A stretch of DNA of 64,000 nucleotides from Epithemia pelagica. Lineage: Eukaryota > Protista > Bacillariophyta. Made by a program: the position numbers and the translations under genes. The notes beneath the pieces are model-generated. The model ran no database searches and was not told where the DNA came from. It saw nothing but the letters and a program-made list of their open reading frames with translations. The DNA lies in contig OX337231.1 of the NCBI GenBank assembly GCA_946965045.2, positions 1,674,001 through 1,738,000 of the forward strand, written 5' to 3'. Positions 1 to 11,853 of the stretch are shown here, piece after piece (position 1 is the stretch's first letter; every line of letters begins with the position of its first letter).

Positions 1-2222
1 TGAATATGCATTCCACGGAAAAGGACAATCGATCCATGCTCCTGGACAATTCGAGCACTTTGGACATGCTGTTGATGAACGATCCGTTAAAGTTGATGGA
101 AAACAATGCATCACAACACTTGATGGCCGTGCTATGTCTCTGCACATCAAAGAGGGACTAGTATACATTCACTCCTTAGGTATCCCCAGTGATGATGACA
201 TGGAGACATTACCTCAGATCATCTTCACATCACCTGATACATGGGATCCTGGTGTTTTGGATCATTTGCATCCTGCCTCATCACCTGACAGTGCTTCTAA
301 CTGGCAACAAGTCAACACTGATGGTAGTATGACACATTATGGGGAGTACACTGATCCTGATGTCTGTAACCTCACTCACCTTTTGGATTTACCTTACGAT
401 CATGGACCTGGTACACCTTCCTTCTCCTCAGCCCTTATTGGAGACTCTTGTTCCAAACTGTACCGTCAAGATCACAACATGACTGAGAAGCGTTATCCTA
501 CCGTTAAGAAGATGCCTTACGTCATCATGAACGTTTCTGGTCATCTTACTCTTCAGATCCTCAATGGCCGCCCACCCGATTTTTCCCAACCCCTTTTCTT
601 CCTTCTCTGCGACCAGGTCTTCTCCTGTACCGAATCTTATGCACCCTATCTTTGTCCGGATGCCTCTTCAGGGGAGGAGTCACTTCCAAATAAACCCAAT
701 GACAAGCAAGCTGACACCGTTTTCATTTGTAGCAAAGGTGAAGATCCATCCGCACAAATGCCTACGATCAAGAACTGCGACAAAATGTTTGGACAAGCGT
801 TTCCTTACAAACCAGCAGAGGGAAATGGGGAGCAACAACAAGCATGTATAATCCAACATGTCAATTTAGAACAAGACGCTTTCAAGCAAGAAGCATGTAT
901 CAAGAAGTACATTTTCTGCAAACACAATTCCTATATTGACAAGAAGGTGATCTCATGCAGTCAACTTATGGAATACAATGGACAGGACAACCAGGAACAG
1001 GCAACTGAAGATGTTGTTTTCCAATTCAGAGATGTTGTCATACATCAAGGACCTTTGAGCAGTAACAACAACCCTGACTACAAAGGGAGTCCCTGGAATG
1101 TACTTGTTGATTGGGAGACTGGGGAGATGATCTTTGAGCCTCCAACACCCACCATAACCATTGTCTATGGCAAGAAACATGACCTACTGAATGAACTTGG
1201 ATGGAAGCATTTCAAGCATTTTGTCAAGATCAGTGAATGCCTCATTCAAGCTGCTTAACAGCAGTCAAGAATCAAGCAACTTAGTTTTTTTGTCAAGTAC
1301 AAGTTTGGTTACCCACACGTTCTACAGACACACAAAGAAGCAATTGTTTTAGACAAGCAACATGGCAAAAACAAGTGGCAAGACACTACCGATTTTGGAC
1401 CCTCACAGATTCAATCACTCAAGACATTGAAGGATCATGATCAAGTTCAAGTCCGTCTTGGGAAAATGTTAGATGCACAAGAAGAGTATCACAACAAGAT
1501 TCAAGTCTATCTTGTGAAACATGATGATAGATGCAAGCCACTTCTTGTCACGTGTGAACATTTTACCAAAGAACCAGTTGAGGCAATCTGTCCATGTGCT
1601 ATTTCCTTTTGCAACTTCCATACTACCATCTACCTTGGGCCTCTCAATGATATGGATGTATGGAGAGCATACATTGGAAATGCATGCAACCTTAAAAGCT
1701 TTAGCTGGGGAGAAGACCTTGATAGTGGCAAGACAAGAACTCAAGGAATTATGTCACACCTTGGTTACCTACTACAAGACCTCAAATGGATTTGATTCTT
1801 CAGGAGCACGTCAACATGACTGTTTATTTGATGTCTTTCTTGGTATGGATTTGTCACCAAGTAAAGCAATTCCCAATGTTTGGATGAAGAAAGCACCCGG
1901 GGAGGAGAGCTCTGAAGGTATCTGCAACAACTTTACACTCAAGAATGATGGATTTATCATCAACTGCCTCCGACGTTTTTATACACCAATCCAGAAGATG
2001 TTCTCGGCAAACATTGGAAATTCTCCACATGATAGACAATGTCCAAGACCTTCTTCTTCCTCTGGATTGGAAACAATCACAAGAACGACAAAGGAAAATA
2101 ACAATCCTCACTCGACGAATTGTGGGGAGTGGCAGAATTCTCACCAACAACTAGGTTGTGGTGGAATCTACAACTCATCGACTGATGCTAGTATTTTATG
2201 GCATCCGATGACATTTTCGTAA
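1..2222 (+). mobile_element. Degenerate CoDi-type Ty1/copia relic (pol remnants, internally deleted; 5' part lies before the window)
   Basis: Translation from nt 2 (EYAFHGKGQSIHAPGQFEHFG...GLVYIHSLGIP...IFTSPDTWDP) aligns with the post-protease region of the intact element (EYAYLGKGRSIHSPPQMEYF...GLVYLDSLGIP...VFTSPDEWNP). It also carries the HQGPL...YKGSPWNVLVDWETGE chromo-like motif and RT remnants (DVWRAYIGNA ~ IWAADIGNA). Many stops, frameshifts and deletions. Confidence 0.9.
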
Positions 2223-3229
2223 AAGTGAGAAAAGAAAGACGGCATGCTCGCAGACCTTTAAATTCGGCCAAGGCATGCTCGCAATGCGCGTGTTATGAGC
2301 GACCGATCGGATATTAATTATGGCCCAACACGTGCGCGCCCAATATTCTCAAGCGCGCGCAATCAATACTCGATTACGCACCTCCACGACTTAGCCCGGC
2401 GGCCTAAGTAACCGAAGCACGAATCACGATCACGCGAGACCATATCTCTATTCCCACAAATCGAAGAATGCAAACAGCAACGCGCTAAGAAAACAACCTA
2501 TATCGCAACAAAGCAAGAGCTGTTGGCATTAGTATATGATATACAAGTGCATATACTTCCAATACACAATATCCATGTCTACTCCAACCAGACCAGTCCT
2601 GTCAGCGCCATGAATATATCAGTCATGCACCCTGGCCAGACCTGCACATCAAAACACACACCGTAGTCCTAAAGCTCACAATCTAACAATATCACCATTT
2701 ATCACATCCTCTTTTGTGTCCCGACTATCCTTTTGATAGACTACGACTTGGTTGTATCTCTGACCCGTGGAGATACTACTATCGGTTGGTGACCTACCTG
2801 ATTGTCTGCTCTACCGAGCATTATCCCCCATGAGTTTGAAAGAATTCTACTTACTTTTTCGGACCAACGACCATTTTTGGCTGTGTCCAGTGACAGACCT
2901 AGGACTGCGCATCGTCTAAGTTAGTCGCGCAAATTTTCGCGCGAAAATGTCTCCGGTACTCAAAATTTTGGAAGCAAGTTTTGGGCCGTGGTTTTAGGAT
3001 GATTATTTCACATCAAGAAAAAACTCAAAACTGTTACGAGATGGCGCCTTTGTGTTCTTTGAATGACAAAGAATCTAACTGCGGAATCTTGTAACAGTTT
3101 TGAGTGTTTTTTTATGGTTTTATTGGTCCGCAAAGATGAGGCAAAATTTTTGGGATTATCATTTAACAAAAAATTATTTGTCGCAGGTACGCGAGGCCGC
3201 GAGCGTGCCCGTTTGGCATCAAAAGCTCG

Positions 3230-4080
3230 TATTGCTATTTTGGGATCTACAGGGATGACGGGCTGGCAGTATTCAAAGGAAAGATGTCGACTGAAGAAAT
3301 ACAACACGACATAGCAGGAAACAACTTCCTAACATTTACCACAGTAATTTGGGGATTCCCTGGACAGCCACTCGACCAACGACATCATGAACGAGGACAT
3401 GACCTTGCTGGACAAGTCACAGGTCTTTCCATTCCTAGATATGGAAATGTACTGGTCAGCAGAAAAGACTCTCGCATTCCGAGTCCACCTCAAGAAAAAC
3501 CAACAGTTGAAGTACCTCAACAAAGGCAGCTTGCATACTCCTGGTTGCTTCAAAGCAATCCGAATGGGGTAATCAAATGCCTCATCAAACTCACCTCGGT
3601 CAACACTCTAACAGTGGACAAACTATACCCGACCCACTTCCAAGTGCTTTCAGACTTGAATTTGATCAAGGCCGACCAAATTCCGACACTAGTCAACTCA
3701 TCCAACAACATTGAACGTGAAAGACAAGACGAGACCTCTAACACACTCAAGAAACAACGCGACAGAGACCACAAGAGGGAAATCTATTTCAGTATCGGCT
3801 ACTCCAACTTCTGGAGAAAACCGATCCACTAGATGATCAAAGAAATCAAGAGCAAGTGCCCGACACCCTCATGGCTATGTGTATGTGTCTCTATGTCCTA
3901 TCATAGATTCACGAACATTAGAGAACATTTTCAAGGAGCCCTCAACACAAAACTTACAACTAAAAACTTACCGACTACCGACACCTTGAGGCTTGTGGTC
4001 GAAGACTGTTACTGTCGGAGCGATATTATGAAATACAAGTACGAATAAAACTGTTGGAGTTGGAACTTGTAGCTCCGAGC
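3230..4080 (+). mobile_element. Degenerate Penelope-like retroelement fragment (RT C-terminus/thumb and start of Cys-rich/GIY-YIG region)
   Basis: Frameshifted pieces FPFLDMEMYW...LAFRVHLKKNQQLKYLNKGSLHTPGCFKAI..GVIKCLIKLTS match the PLE RT C-terminal pattern FLD...F.V..K.....YL...S.H......I..G...RL..LT. They are followed by DCYCRSDIMKYK. Recognised from family knowledge. Confidence 0.65.
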
Positions 4081-4671
4081 TTGAACATGATTTTTTTTTT
4101 AAATAAAGAATATCTACGCCCTTTGGGCAATACAACCATGAACTATGATTTTTCATTAAATAAACTTATTACCTATTACCATTACTCGCCCTCCGACCTC
4201 CGACTAGTACCTAGCTACTAGGTTGATACGCGGACCAGCGGCGTGACGTGACGCGTCACGGGTATGACGAATCACTGACCAAATAGACGAAATGGTGTCG
4301 TCAATGGTGACGAGCCGGGATACCCGTAACATCAATGGTACTCCTAGGAGTATCTGATTTCTGATTGCTTGGCGAAGGTAAATTGAAGTTTCTAGGAGTA
4401 TGAGTTTCATTAATTCGTCAACGCCATATTCGGAGACGTGACATGGAGGTATTTGGTCACGTCAGCTGACGCGCGTCAATCGTAGCAACCTTGTAGCTCT
4501 AGGTGTCCACTGTCCACTGTCCACTTCGAAGCACCTTACGCGATACGCCGAACGCGGAGCGCGCGGCGGAGGGTTTCGTTTCGAGCTTCGAGCAGTGAGT
4601 TCGGATTCCAGGTCTCGTGGATTATGCCCCTGTGCCCTGTCATCTTTCCGTTGTGGTTTATCGTACGTTTC

Positions 4672-5194
4672 TGACAAAAGATGAAGGACTCCGGTCGTTA
4701 CGACACAACAATCAAAGATACAACAAAGCGTTAGACAATTCAAGGCACCAACCACGTAGCCAATCCCCCACGGGTCAAGGAAAAGGCCAACAACTACTAG
4801 AAGAGTAGGTAGGACACAAAGAGATGTGATGATGATGCTTTTTAGAATTGTGAGTGTTATCGTCTATGTTAGTGCTCGTTGTTGTTGTTTCCCCTTTTCC
4901 ATCCATTTGTACTAGGTACGTAGAAATCTACACGCAGCATTGCTGGTTCGTGTGCATCTGACATCTAGATCGCATTCAATCGTCCCAAGATATCGCACAT
5001 GTTCATGGATGATGTCTAGCTCATGTCCAAGGCCATTGAAAGCGCCTCCTATCGTATTCCCTTTCTCCCCATTGTCTAAACTACGATCTACATGTGCTAG
5101 GTGTTTGTATATTATGACGTCACAGCCAGATGAAACCACTAGGTATTGATCGTGACTCATCGTACGATCAGTCACGGTCATCTACCTTGTGCGA
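4672..5194 (-). repeat. 3' LTR (523 bp)
   Basis: No differences seen from 11868-12390 by eye, and the ORF-track translations inside both copies are identical. Confidence 0.95.
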
Positions 5195-8100
5195 CTCCCC
5201 TTTCGTCTGTCTGTCTTGTTTTGGTTCATTGATCTTATCGTTCAAAGCACTAACATCACCTCGCCAGAATAGCAGAGGTTTAAGGAGTGGCCATCCCGTG
5301 ACAAAATCCCAATTTTTAGTCAACACGTCAGCGGGATTGGTCTTGCCATCCTTCCAGTAAAACTTGATAGCCTTCGATGCCATACACTCACGTACACGGT
5401 TGTAGCTCAGAAAATGATGGCGTTTGCTAAGGATTGAATGTGGTACCGTACTATTGGTTACCACTGATTTGTTATCTCCGAATAGGTAGCTAGAATCTCG
5501 TAGTGGTACTCCTAGGTAACGAAGAAAAATGCGTAGTTCCATGATTTGATCACATGCAATCCGTGCAGAGACAAATTCAGAGCCAAAGGTTGCAGTCTCA
5601 ACCGTTGCCTGTCGCTTGGAGTACCAGTCCATGGGAGTTCCATTGACTAGGTGTAGAATCCCAGATGCTGATCTCCCCGTAATCATGTCGTGCTTTAGGT
5701 TAGCATCGACATAGGTAGTTGTAACAACGGGTAGACCCTTAGGTTCCGGTGCATCTTTTGGAACTTCCTCTCGTGCTCCATCGTAAACGCGGAACCAGTC
5801 ATAGTTTTGGTCTGGCAGATTGGAGTAGTCTGGTTCATGTAGTCTAAAACGGATTGCTCCATGATACATGCCTGCTAGGTATCCAACAACTCGTTTTGCA
5901 CGTTCCAAATGGCCAATTCGTGGAGCGGCACGGAATCTAGCCAATGTCATGACGGAAGTGAAGATGTCAAAACGACCTATAGTCACCACCCATTGCAGTT
6001 GCCCTATAATGGATTGATAGATGGCAATGTCCTTTTCTTCACATAGCTCGCTATCATCTAGTTCAGGATGATCTTGCCGGTCTAATGGAGTCTTGTACTT
6101 TTTCGGTTTGTTCCCGAATAAGATTTCGTATCCTTCGAGTATCTTCTCAACGTATCGTCTGGGGTCCCCAACCAATGTTCCATCTGGTTCTCTCTTGTAT
6201 GTACACCCTAGGTGATATGCTATTGGGCCCACACCTTTGAGTTTGAATTTAAATTTTTCAGTGAAAGTATCACAAATTTCTTTCGGGTTCTTTGCAGCAA
6301 TTGCTAGGTCGTCTACGTAAACTGCTATGTACTCGTAGACGCCGTGCTCTTCGTTTAGCTTAAACCAGATGTCAGGTTCAATCTTGCATGGTTTAAATCC
6401 CATTTCTTGTAAAACGTCGTAGAGTTTATCATGCCATCGTGCTCCACTGGTCACAAGCCCGTAAAGTGCCTTATCAAAAATCAAGATTTTTCCTTCCAAA
6501 TCTCCAAATTCAGGACCAGCTATGATGAATAGCTTCTCCTTTGTTTGTGCTTCTAGGTAAGCATTTCCAATGTCAGCTGCCCAGATCTCCAGCTTGTTCA
6601 GTTCACTGAGGAAGATAACTAGACGTAGGCCACGTATTGATACCACTCCTGAGTAGCTTGACATAGACGGGTCTCGTATAGTCAAATGCCCATCAGCTAC
6701 AAGTCTAGCTTTTCGACGTCCATCATGTTTGACATCGAAAACTAGGTGAACTCTCAACCGTTGGTATCCTTCAGGAGCATTCATAAGCTTCCCATTTTGA
6801 AAAATAGCCTTATCCCGAACTAGGAATGTCTTATATTGATGAATGACTTGATCTAGCTCGAGTTCAGTTGCTTTTGACCATAAGTTATTCTTGTTCTGAA
6901 CATCTAGCAGGATAGCTTCATCATAATCCCGTGGGACTTGCACGCCAAAACGGTACTTGATTTGCGCGCGAGAGTTACGCCGGATCATCTTTTTCTTGGC
7001 TTGCTGCAAATGTCGACGGAGTGTCTTGATGAGTCGTTTTTCAGTCTTGACGTATTTAGCTAGGTGCTTCCAGCCATCTAAGTCGAGTAGTCCATTGTTC
7101 TTGGCATAGATAGCGCATAGCAAAGGATCATCACTAGCTATAAAAGAAAGAGGCTCATAGCTAGTCTCCCCATTTTCCCATTCGACAAGAACGTTGTAGC
7201 TAGATCCCTTGTAATGAGCATCAGTAGGTTTGAGAGGACCTTGATGAGCAGTGATTTGCCGCATGCGATACTCTTGCTCAGAGAAAACAACGTCGTCAGG
7301 ATCATGATCTAGATGATTGAGAAGTTCGTTGTAAGTGACAATCTCACGAAGGCGACCTTCATCATATTCCACTTCAAAACTGAGGTCTTCAAAACGTTTT
7401 CGGTCACGATAAGCTTGATCTTGGACCATAGCAACAACTAACCCACGGAAACGCTCCCCAGTTTCCAGTTTAGGGCCAAGAAATTTACGGCCAAGTAGAT
7501 CATGTGGATCTATAGTAGGCATAGGAGGTGTAGATCCAGAAGAACTATCTTCATGACGACCTCTGACATGAACTATCTCCCCTTTTTCTGGATCTAGACG
7601 TCGGTTAGGTAAAGAAGAGGTAGCACTACGAATAGTAGATCGAAACAAAATCGTAGAGGTCTCATCAGTAAGGATCTTCCATGTTAATGGATCCCCAACT
7701 CCAGTACCAAAACCTACCCAACGACCTTTAGATTCATTACCAGTAGAAGGGTAAGAAGATCGATCAGGATCATAAGAAAAATAAATTGGTTCCCAGAAAT
7801 AATGAGCAAGTAAGAAACTAACATCAGGAGTGGAGCCCGTCAGGCGCTCAATGGGGGTGCGACCGTTAAGCGCCGGCGAAGCAAGGTGGTTAAGCACGGT
7901 CGACGCATAGTCTAGAGCAAGTAACCAGCAGCTAGGTGGACAACCAGAGGTATTGAGAATAAGATTAGTCCAGCGCTTAAGAGTAGAGTACCGATTTTCA
8001 GCAAAATTCTGATGCTGATGATGAGGTTCAGATGTGTACTGAGAAATAAACAAAGACCGTAGGATGTCTTGTACTTTCTTAGAAACTAAAGCCTGAGCAC

Positions 8101-10795
8101 GATCACTGATTAAAACGTCCATAGCTCCCCGTAGTCGGATATTATCCTCAAGGGTATTGACGAATTGAGCATCAGATTTGACTCCATACACATCGCAAAC
8201 AAGGGTATCTCTTCCAACAAAAATCTGAGCAGCCTTAGAACCATTATCAATAGCAGGTGTATCAGCAAAGACTGTATCAGTGGCAACCCCTTCACGACGA
8301 CGACCGATATTGAGCACAGGGTTACGAGTGCGAAAGTGCTTCTTGAGATAATCATGAGGGGAAAATCCCACATAGCGTGTAGAAACCTTAAAGGTATTAG
8401 CTATGCTATCAGCCGATGCCCAAGCAAAATAAGGACGTAGGGCTTCAAAATCTTCAGATTTCAGAGATTGTTGATGATAACGACTGTGTTGAAAGTCGAC
8501 GGCACCAGCTAGGTTTGTCTGTTGATGAAGGGTAAGAATCTGGGAAACTAGGTTGACGCGATGAACATAGTCTCCAGTCGCAGAAAAATCACGATCAATA
8601 GGGTCTGGGTTGACAAGATCCATCCAATCAGAATGTGTATCAGGATTGGACGAATGAGAATGATCCATGACGTCAGGATTCCATTCATCGGGTGACGTAA
8701 AGACGACATGAGGATAGGTAGCTAGGTCATTATCAGTAGGAATGCCGAGACTATCCAAATAGACAAGTCCACCCTTAAAGATCAAAGGTAAGGCATAACC
8801 GTCTAGAGTCTCAATACGCTGTCGACCACCGACAAGAACTGACTTGTCATCAACAAGAGTCTTGAAATATTCCATTTGTGGCGGAGAGTGAATCGAACGA
8901 CCCTTTCCAAGGTAAGCATACTCATGGAAAATACCAACGATTGTACCTAGCTGTGTAGAATAAAGACCTGCAGCGGTAACAATGTCCAAACCAGTTACCT
9001 CGTGATTATCAATGCCAATAATGTTAATCTTTCGACCAGTTTTGTGGATAATCTTCAAATCACTCCCAGCTAAACCACCATTGGCCCCTCTATCAATCAA
9101 CTGAAAGGTAGGATTAAGGTTAGCCTTGGAGAAGCGATAGGTAGCATTGATAGAGAAACTAACACCCTTAGATTTAGCCTTGTTGGCAGAAAGGACGCGC
9201 TGAATATCAGATTCAGGATAATCAGTTTGCTCATGTAACATTGTGAGAAGCTGATCAGGACTAGGATCAGACTCAGTAGCAACAGCAGCTTCTTGGCAAG
9301 CTTCTTCAGTATTATCAGTAGCTGTTGGATTTTCATCAGCAGATGATTCACTAACCTCATGTAGGTTCGTTTGACGAGGTTTAGAATTAGGTGAGTTAGC
9401 CAAGATACGTTTATTGTGTGCTTTTAGCATCTCTTTAACTTCATCTGAAGTAGCATCCCAAATATCCTTAGGGAGAAAAATACGCTGAGTACGAGTATCA
9501 ATGCGATTACGAGACCGATTAGCTTGAAAAATAGATACAAGATCCTCTTGAATGAAATCATCATGAGAACTAGAATGATCAGAGTCAAAAATATCGTGAT
9601 CACACTGTTGGGAAGCATAAGCTCGTCGTTTAGATCCATTCTTGCTAGCTAAGTGCTGATCAAATTGAAAAGCAGCATTAGTCAACACACGATAGTAGTC
9701 ATCATAGGACATCTTTGCATGAGTCCCAGATTGGGATTTAAGAAAATCATCGAAAATCTTGACACGTCGAAGATCTTCATTACCATCCACAGCTTGCATG
9801 AGAAAAGTAGTACGTGAAAAATCAGGTAGCTTTTGGCTAGAATCACATAGACTATCTAAAAGACGTAGTTGTTCATTGAAATGAAGCAAGAACTGGGATG
9901 TAGTGCCTCTCCATGCTGAATCAAGACGAATGTTTGTAAGATAGGCAGTGAGACGCATGATTTCCTTGCGTGACAACTCGGAGTCCGTATGATGAGTGCG
10001 TAACTCATCTAGGACGGCTGTAGCATCCATGTCCGTAGTATGGGCACGAATGATAGCACGACCTTTATCAGTTTGTAAACAACGAACTAAAACTGAATAT
10101 AGAAAGATCTGTTGTTCTCGGTAAAGAGCAGAGGCAGCAGGATCTGTGGAATCCACAACAAAAGAAGGATCCAAAACATTGCCTAATCCTTGAGCAAGTG
10201 CAGTAGCACGAAAACTACGCATAAAGGGGTCATAGTTTTTCTCTTCCTTGAGTACTTCATATGCCGTTGAGTCGCGTTTAATGCCTTTACGAAAGGTAGT
10301 CAAATCTTGCTGGGACTGAGACGAGTTAGACATAGTAGACTTCCCCCCCGGAGTGCCAAGAGATGGAGTACCTGGAGTAGACGGCACGTTTAAGGCCCGA
10401 TACTGAGAAGAAGTAGGGAAATAAGTCCCGATGCGAAACCGACCATAATCCTCGCGAGTAAGTGCTAACCAGTCATCAGCACCAAAGAAACGCTGGGCGA
10501 GAGAGTGAAGATGATTAGCCCAAAGAAGGAAAGCACGAATTTGCTTAGCGAAGGTAGGATGTAATTTCTGGGTCTTAGGCTGTCGCTTAGTTTTAAATTC
10601 AAGGTCATCCGCAAGGGTTTCAGGTTCGAAGACATACAACTCAAGAAACTCAGAGAAGTTTAAAAACTTGTGATGAGTAAACCAGTCTTGGAAATCAGAA
10701 AGGCGATCTGGGGGTTGATTCAAGATCGTAGTAAAGATGTGCTGAAAAACTGGATCCTGGGAAAGATCTACTGCATTCTCAGTCGGTTCCGTCAT
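5168..10795 (-). CDS. Gag-Pol polyprotein, 1875 aa (gag, aspartic protease, integrase with chromo-like C-terminus, RT, RNase H)
   Basis: Protease LIDRGANGGLAG; integrase TDTVF...ISDRAQ...QNFAENRY; RT ADIGNAYL...KALYGL...VYVDDL; RNase H YVDAN...SEF...GDN...NPADVLTK. No in-frame stops. Confidence 0.97.
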   Translation of the reverse strand: MTEPTENAVDLSQDPVFQHIFTTILNQPPDRLSDFQDWFTHHKFLNFSEFLELYVFEPETLADDLEFKTKRQPKTQKLHPTFAKQIRAFLLWANHLHSLAQRFFGADDWLALTREDYGRFRIGTYFPTSSQYRALNVPSTPGTPSLGTPGGKSTMSNSSQSQQDLTTFRKGIKRDSTAYEVLKEEKNYDPFMRSFRATALAQGLGNVLDPSFVVDSTDPAASALYREQQIFLYSVLVRCLQTDKGRAIIRAHTTDMDATAVLDELRTHHTDSELSRKEIMRLTAYLTNIRLDSAWRGTTSQFLLHFNEQLRLLDSLCDSSQKLPDFSRTTFLMQAVDGNEDLRRVKIFDDFLKSQSGTHAKMSYDDYYRVLTNAAFQFDQHLASKNGSKRRAYASQQCDHDIFDSDHSSSHDDFIQEDLVSIFQANRSRNRIDTRTQRIFLPKDIWDATSDEVKEMLKAHNKRILANSPNSKPRQTNLHEVSESSADENPTATDNTEEACQEAAVATESDPSPDQLLTMLHEQTDYPESDIQRVLSANKAKSKGVSFSINATYRFSKANLNPTFQLIDRGANGGLAGSDLKIIHKTGRKINIIGIDNHEVTGLDIVTAAGLYSTQLGTIVGIFHEYAYLGKGRSIHSPPQMEYFKTLVDDKSVLVGGRQRIETLDGYALPLIFKGGLVYLDSLGIPTDNDLATYPHVVFTSPDEWNPDVMDHSHSSNPDTHSDWMDLVNPDPIDRDFSATGDYVHRVNLVSQILTLHQQTNLAGAVDFQHSRYHQQSLKSEDFEALRPYFAWASADSIANTFKVSTRYVGFSPHDYLKKHFRTRNPVLNIGRRREGVATDTVFADTPAIDNGSKAAQIFVGRDTLVCDVYGVKSDAQFVNTLEDNIRLRGAMDVLISDRAQALVSKKVQDILRSLFISQYTSEPHHQHQNFAENRYSTLKRWTNLILNTSGCPPSCWLLALDYASTVLNHLASPALNGRTPIERLTGSTPDVSFLLAHYFWEPIYFSYDPDRSSYPSTGNESKGRWVGFGTGVGDPLTWKILTDETSTILFRSTIRSATSSLPNRRLDPEKGEIVHVRGRHEDSSSGSTPPMPTIDPHDLLGRKFLGPKLETGERFRGLVVAMVQDQAYRDRKRFEDLSFEVEYDEGRLREIVTYNELLNHLDHDPDDVVFSEQEYRMRQITAHQGPLKPTDAHYKGSSYNVLVEWENGETSYEPLSFIASDDPLLCAIYAKNNGLLDLDGWKHLAKYVKTEKRLIKTLRRHLQQAKKKMIRRNSRAQIKYRFGVQVPRDYDEAILLDVQNKNNLWSKATELELDQVIHQYKTFLVRDKAIFQNGKLMNAPEGYQRLRVHLVFDVKHDGRRKARLVADGHLTIRDPSMSSYSGVVSIRGLRLVIFLSELNKLEIWAADIGNAYLEAQTKEKLFIIAGPEFGDLEGKILIFDKALYGLVTSGARWHDKLYDVLQEMGFKPCKIEPDIWFKLNEEHGVYEYIAVYVDDLAIAAKNPKEICDTFTEKFKFKLKGVGPIAYHLGCTYKREPDGTLVGDPRRYVEKILEGYEILFGNKPKKYKTPLDRQDHPELDDSELCEEKDIAIYQSIIGQLQWVVTIGRFDIFTSVMTLARFRAAPRIGHLERAKRVVGYLAGMYHGAIRFRLHEPDYSNLPDQNYDWFRVYDGAREEVPKDAPEPKGLPVVTTTYVDANLKHDMITGRSASGILHLVNGTPMDWYSKRQATVETATFGSEFVSARIACDQIMELRIFLRYLGVPLRDSSYLFGDNKSVVTNSTVPHSILSKRHHFLSYNRVRECMASKAIKFYWKDGKTNPADVLTKNWDFVTGWPLLKPLLFWRGDVSALNDKINEPKQDRQTKGESHKVDDRD
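5195..5204 (-). promoter_or_regulatory. Polypurine tract (GAAAGGGGAG on minus strand)
   Basis: All-purine run directly abutting the 3' LTR start. Confidence 0.85.
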
Positions 10796-11853
10796 GATAT
10801 CAGTAAACTAGGTAGAACTAGGTGAAAAACTTGAATATCTTGAGCGGAGATAGGATGAAGTTACTACTGAAGAGCCCTCTGAATCAAATTCACCAGGTAG
10901 TAGCCTACTTGTATCCGTCTCCAAAAACTTGAAAAACTTGAAAATAAAACAAAATAAAACACTTGAAATCAAACCGATTGAAAATAAAACTCCAAGCAGA
11001 GGTGCTATTCAGAACCGGGAGCAATGTCACGGGGCTCGCTGAGCGAAGCTAATTAGAATGTGACGCGCTTCCACTGCAGTCTTTAGGCTAGGTTGCTACC
11101 CGAGGGTAACGAAGAACTAGCAAGATCTGACGGTGTCTGTTCTTGACTCCACACACCGGGATTGCCAATCCCTAGCCCAAACTCCACGTGTAGGAAGGAA
11201 AAAGAAGCGATCAAAAGGCGGGAAAGACCAAGAACAATCGCGCACCAGGAAGGTAACGTCTGGCGGTTAAGCAATCTGTCCACAGCGCAAAGATAGAGAG
11301 CCTGATCGCTTGGCGGGCGACAGCAACAGATGCGTTGTTAGTAACGAACACGTGTGCCGGAGCACGCGAAGTAGTACCTGTTGAGTACCTTAACTTCGCC
11401 CCCTGACGGTATCCAGCCGGTCTGGCAAGGATCGCCCTCTTTTCGGCCTTGCGGCTTACTTGTACGTAAAGTACGGGATGGGGATACGACAGTCTCGCGG
11501 GGACTGGGAGTTGGGTTGCCCGTGGGATTGGTTACCTCGGATAGTTCCCCCAACTCTGTTTTCCGACACAGACAAGAAACGACGAAAAACAAAATTCGAT
11601 GCCGACAATGAAGATTTTTCGACAACGATAAGACGACAACCAACCGACCCAACAACCAACCAAATGGATGAATCGATCGAATATGACGAGACGGAGAGGA
11701 CGGGATATGAGAATCAATCCCTCCGAACGAATTTCACCTTCGGAAGTAAGAGCAAACCCAACAAACACAAACAACGCAAGAGATCGGTCAAAGACAACAA
11801 TCAACCAAACGATTCGGAAAGGAAACGAGAACAACAATCAACAGGCGTGCTGT

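Noticed and set aside
2223-2900. Possible 3' LTR of the copia relic after a purine run (gagaaaagaaaga)
   Set aside because: No partner LTR in the window and no clear termini.
4912-5181. Short ORFs inside the LTRs (also 12108-12377, 4940-5149, 12136-12345)
   Set aside because: They appear twice only because the LTR is duplicated; no domain signal.
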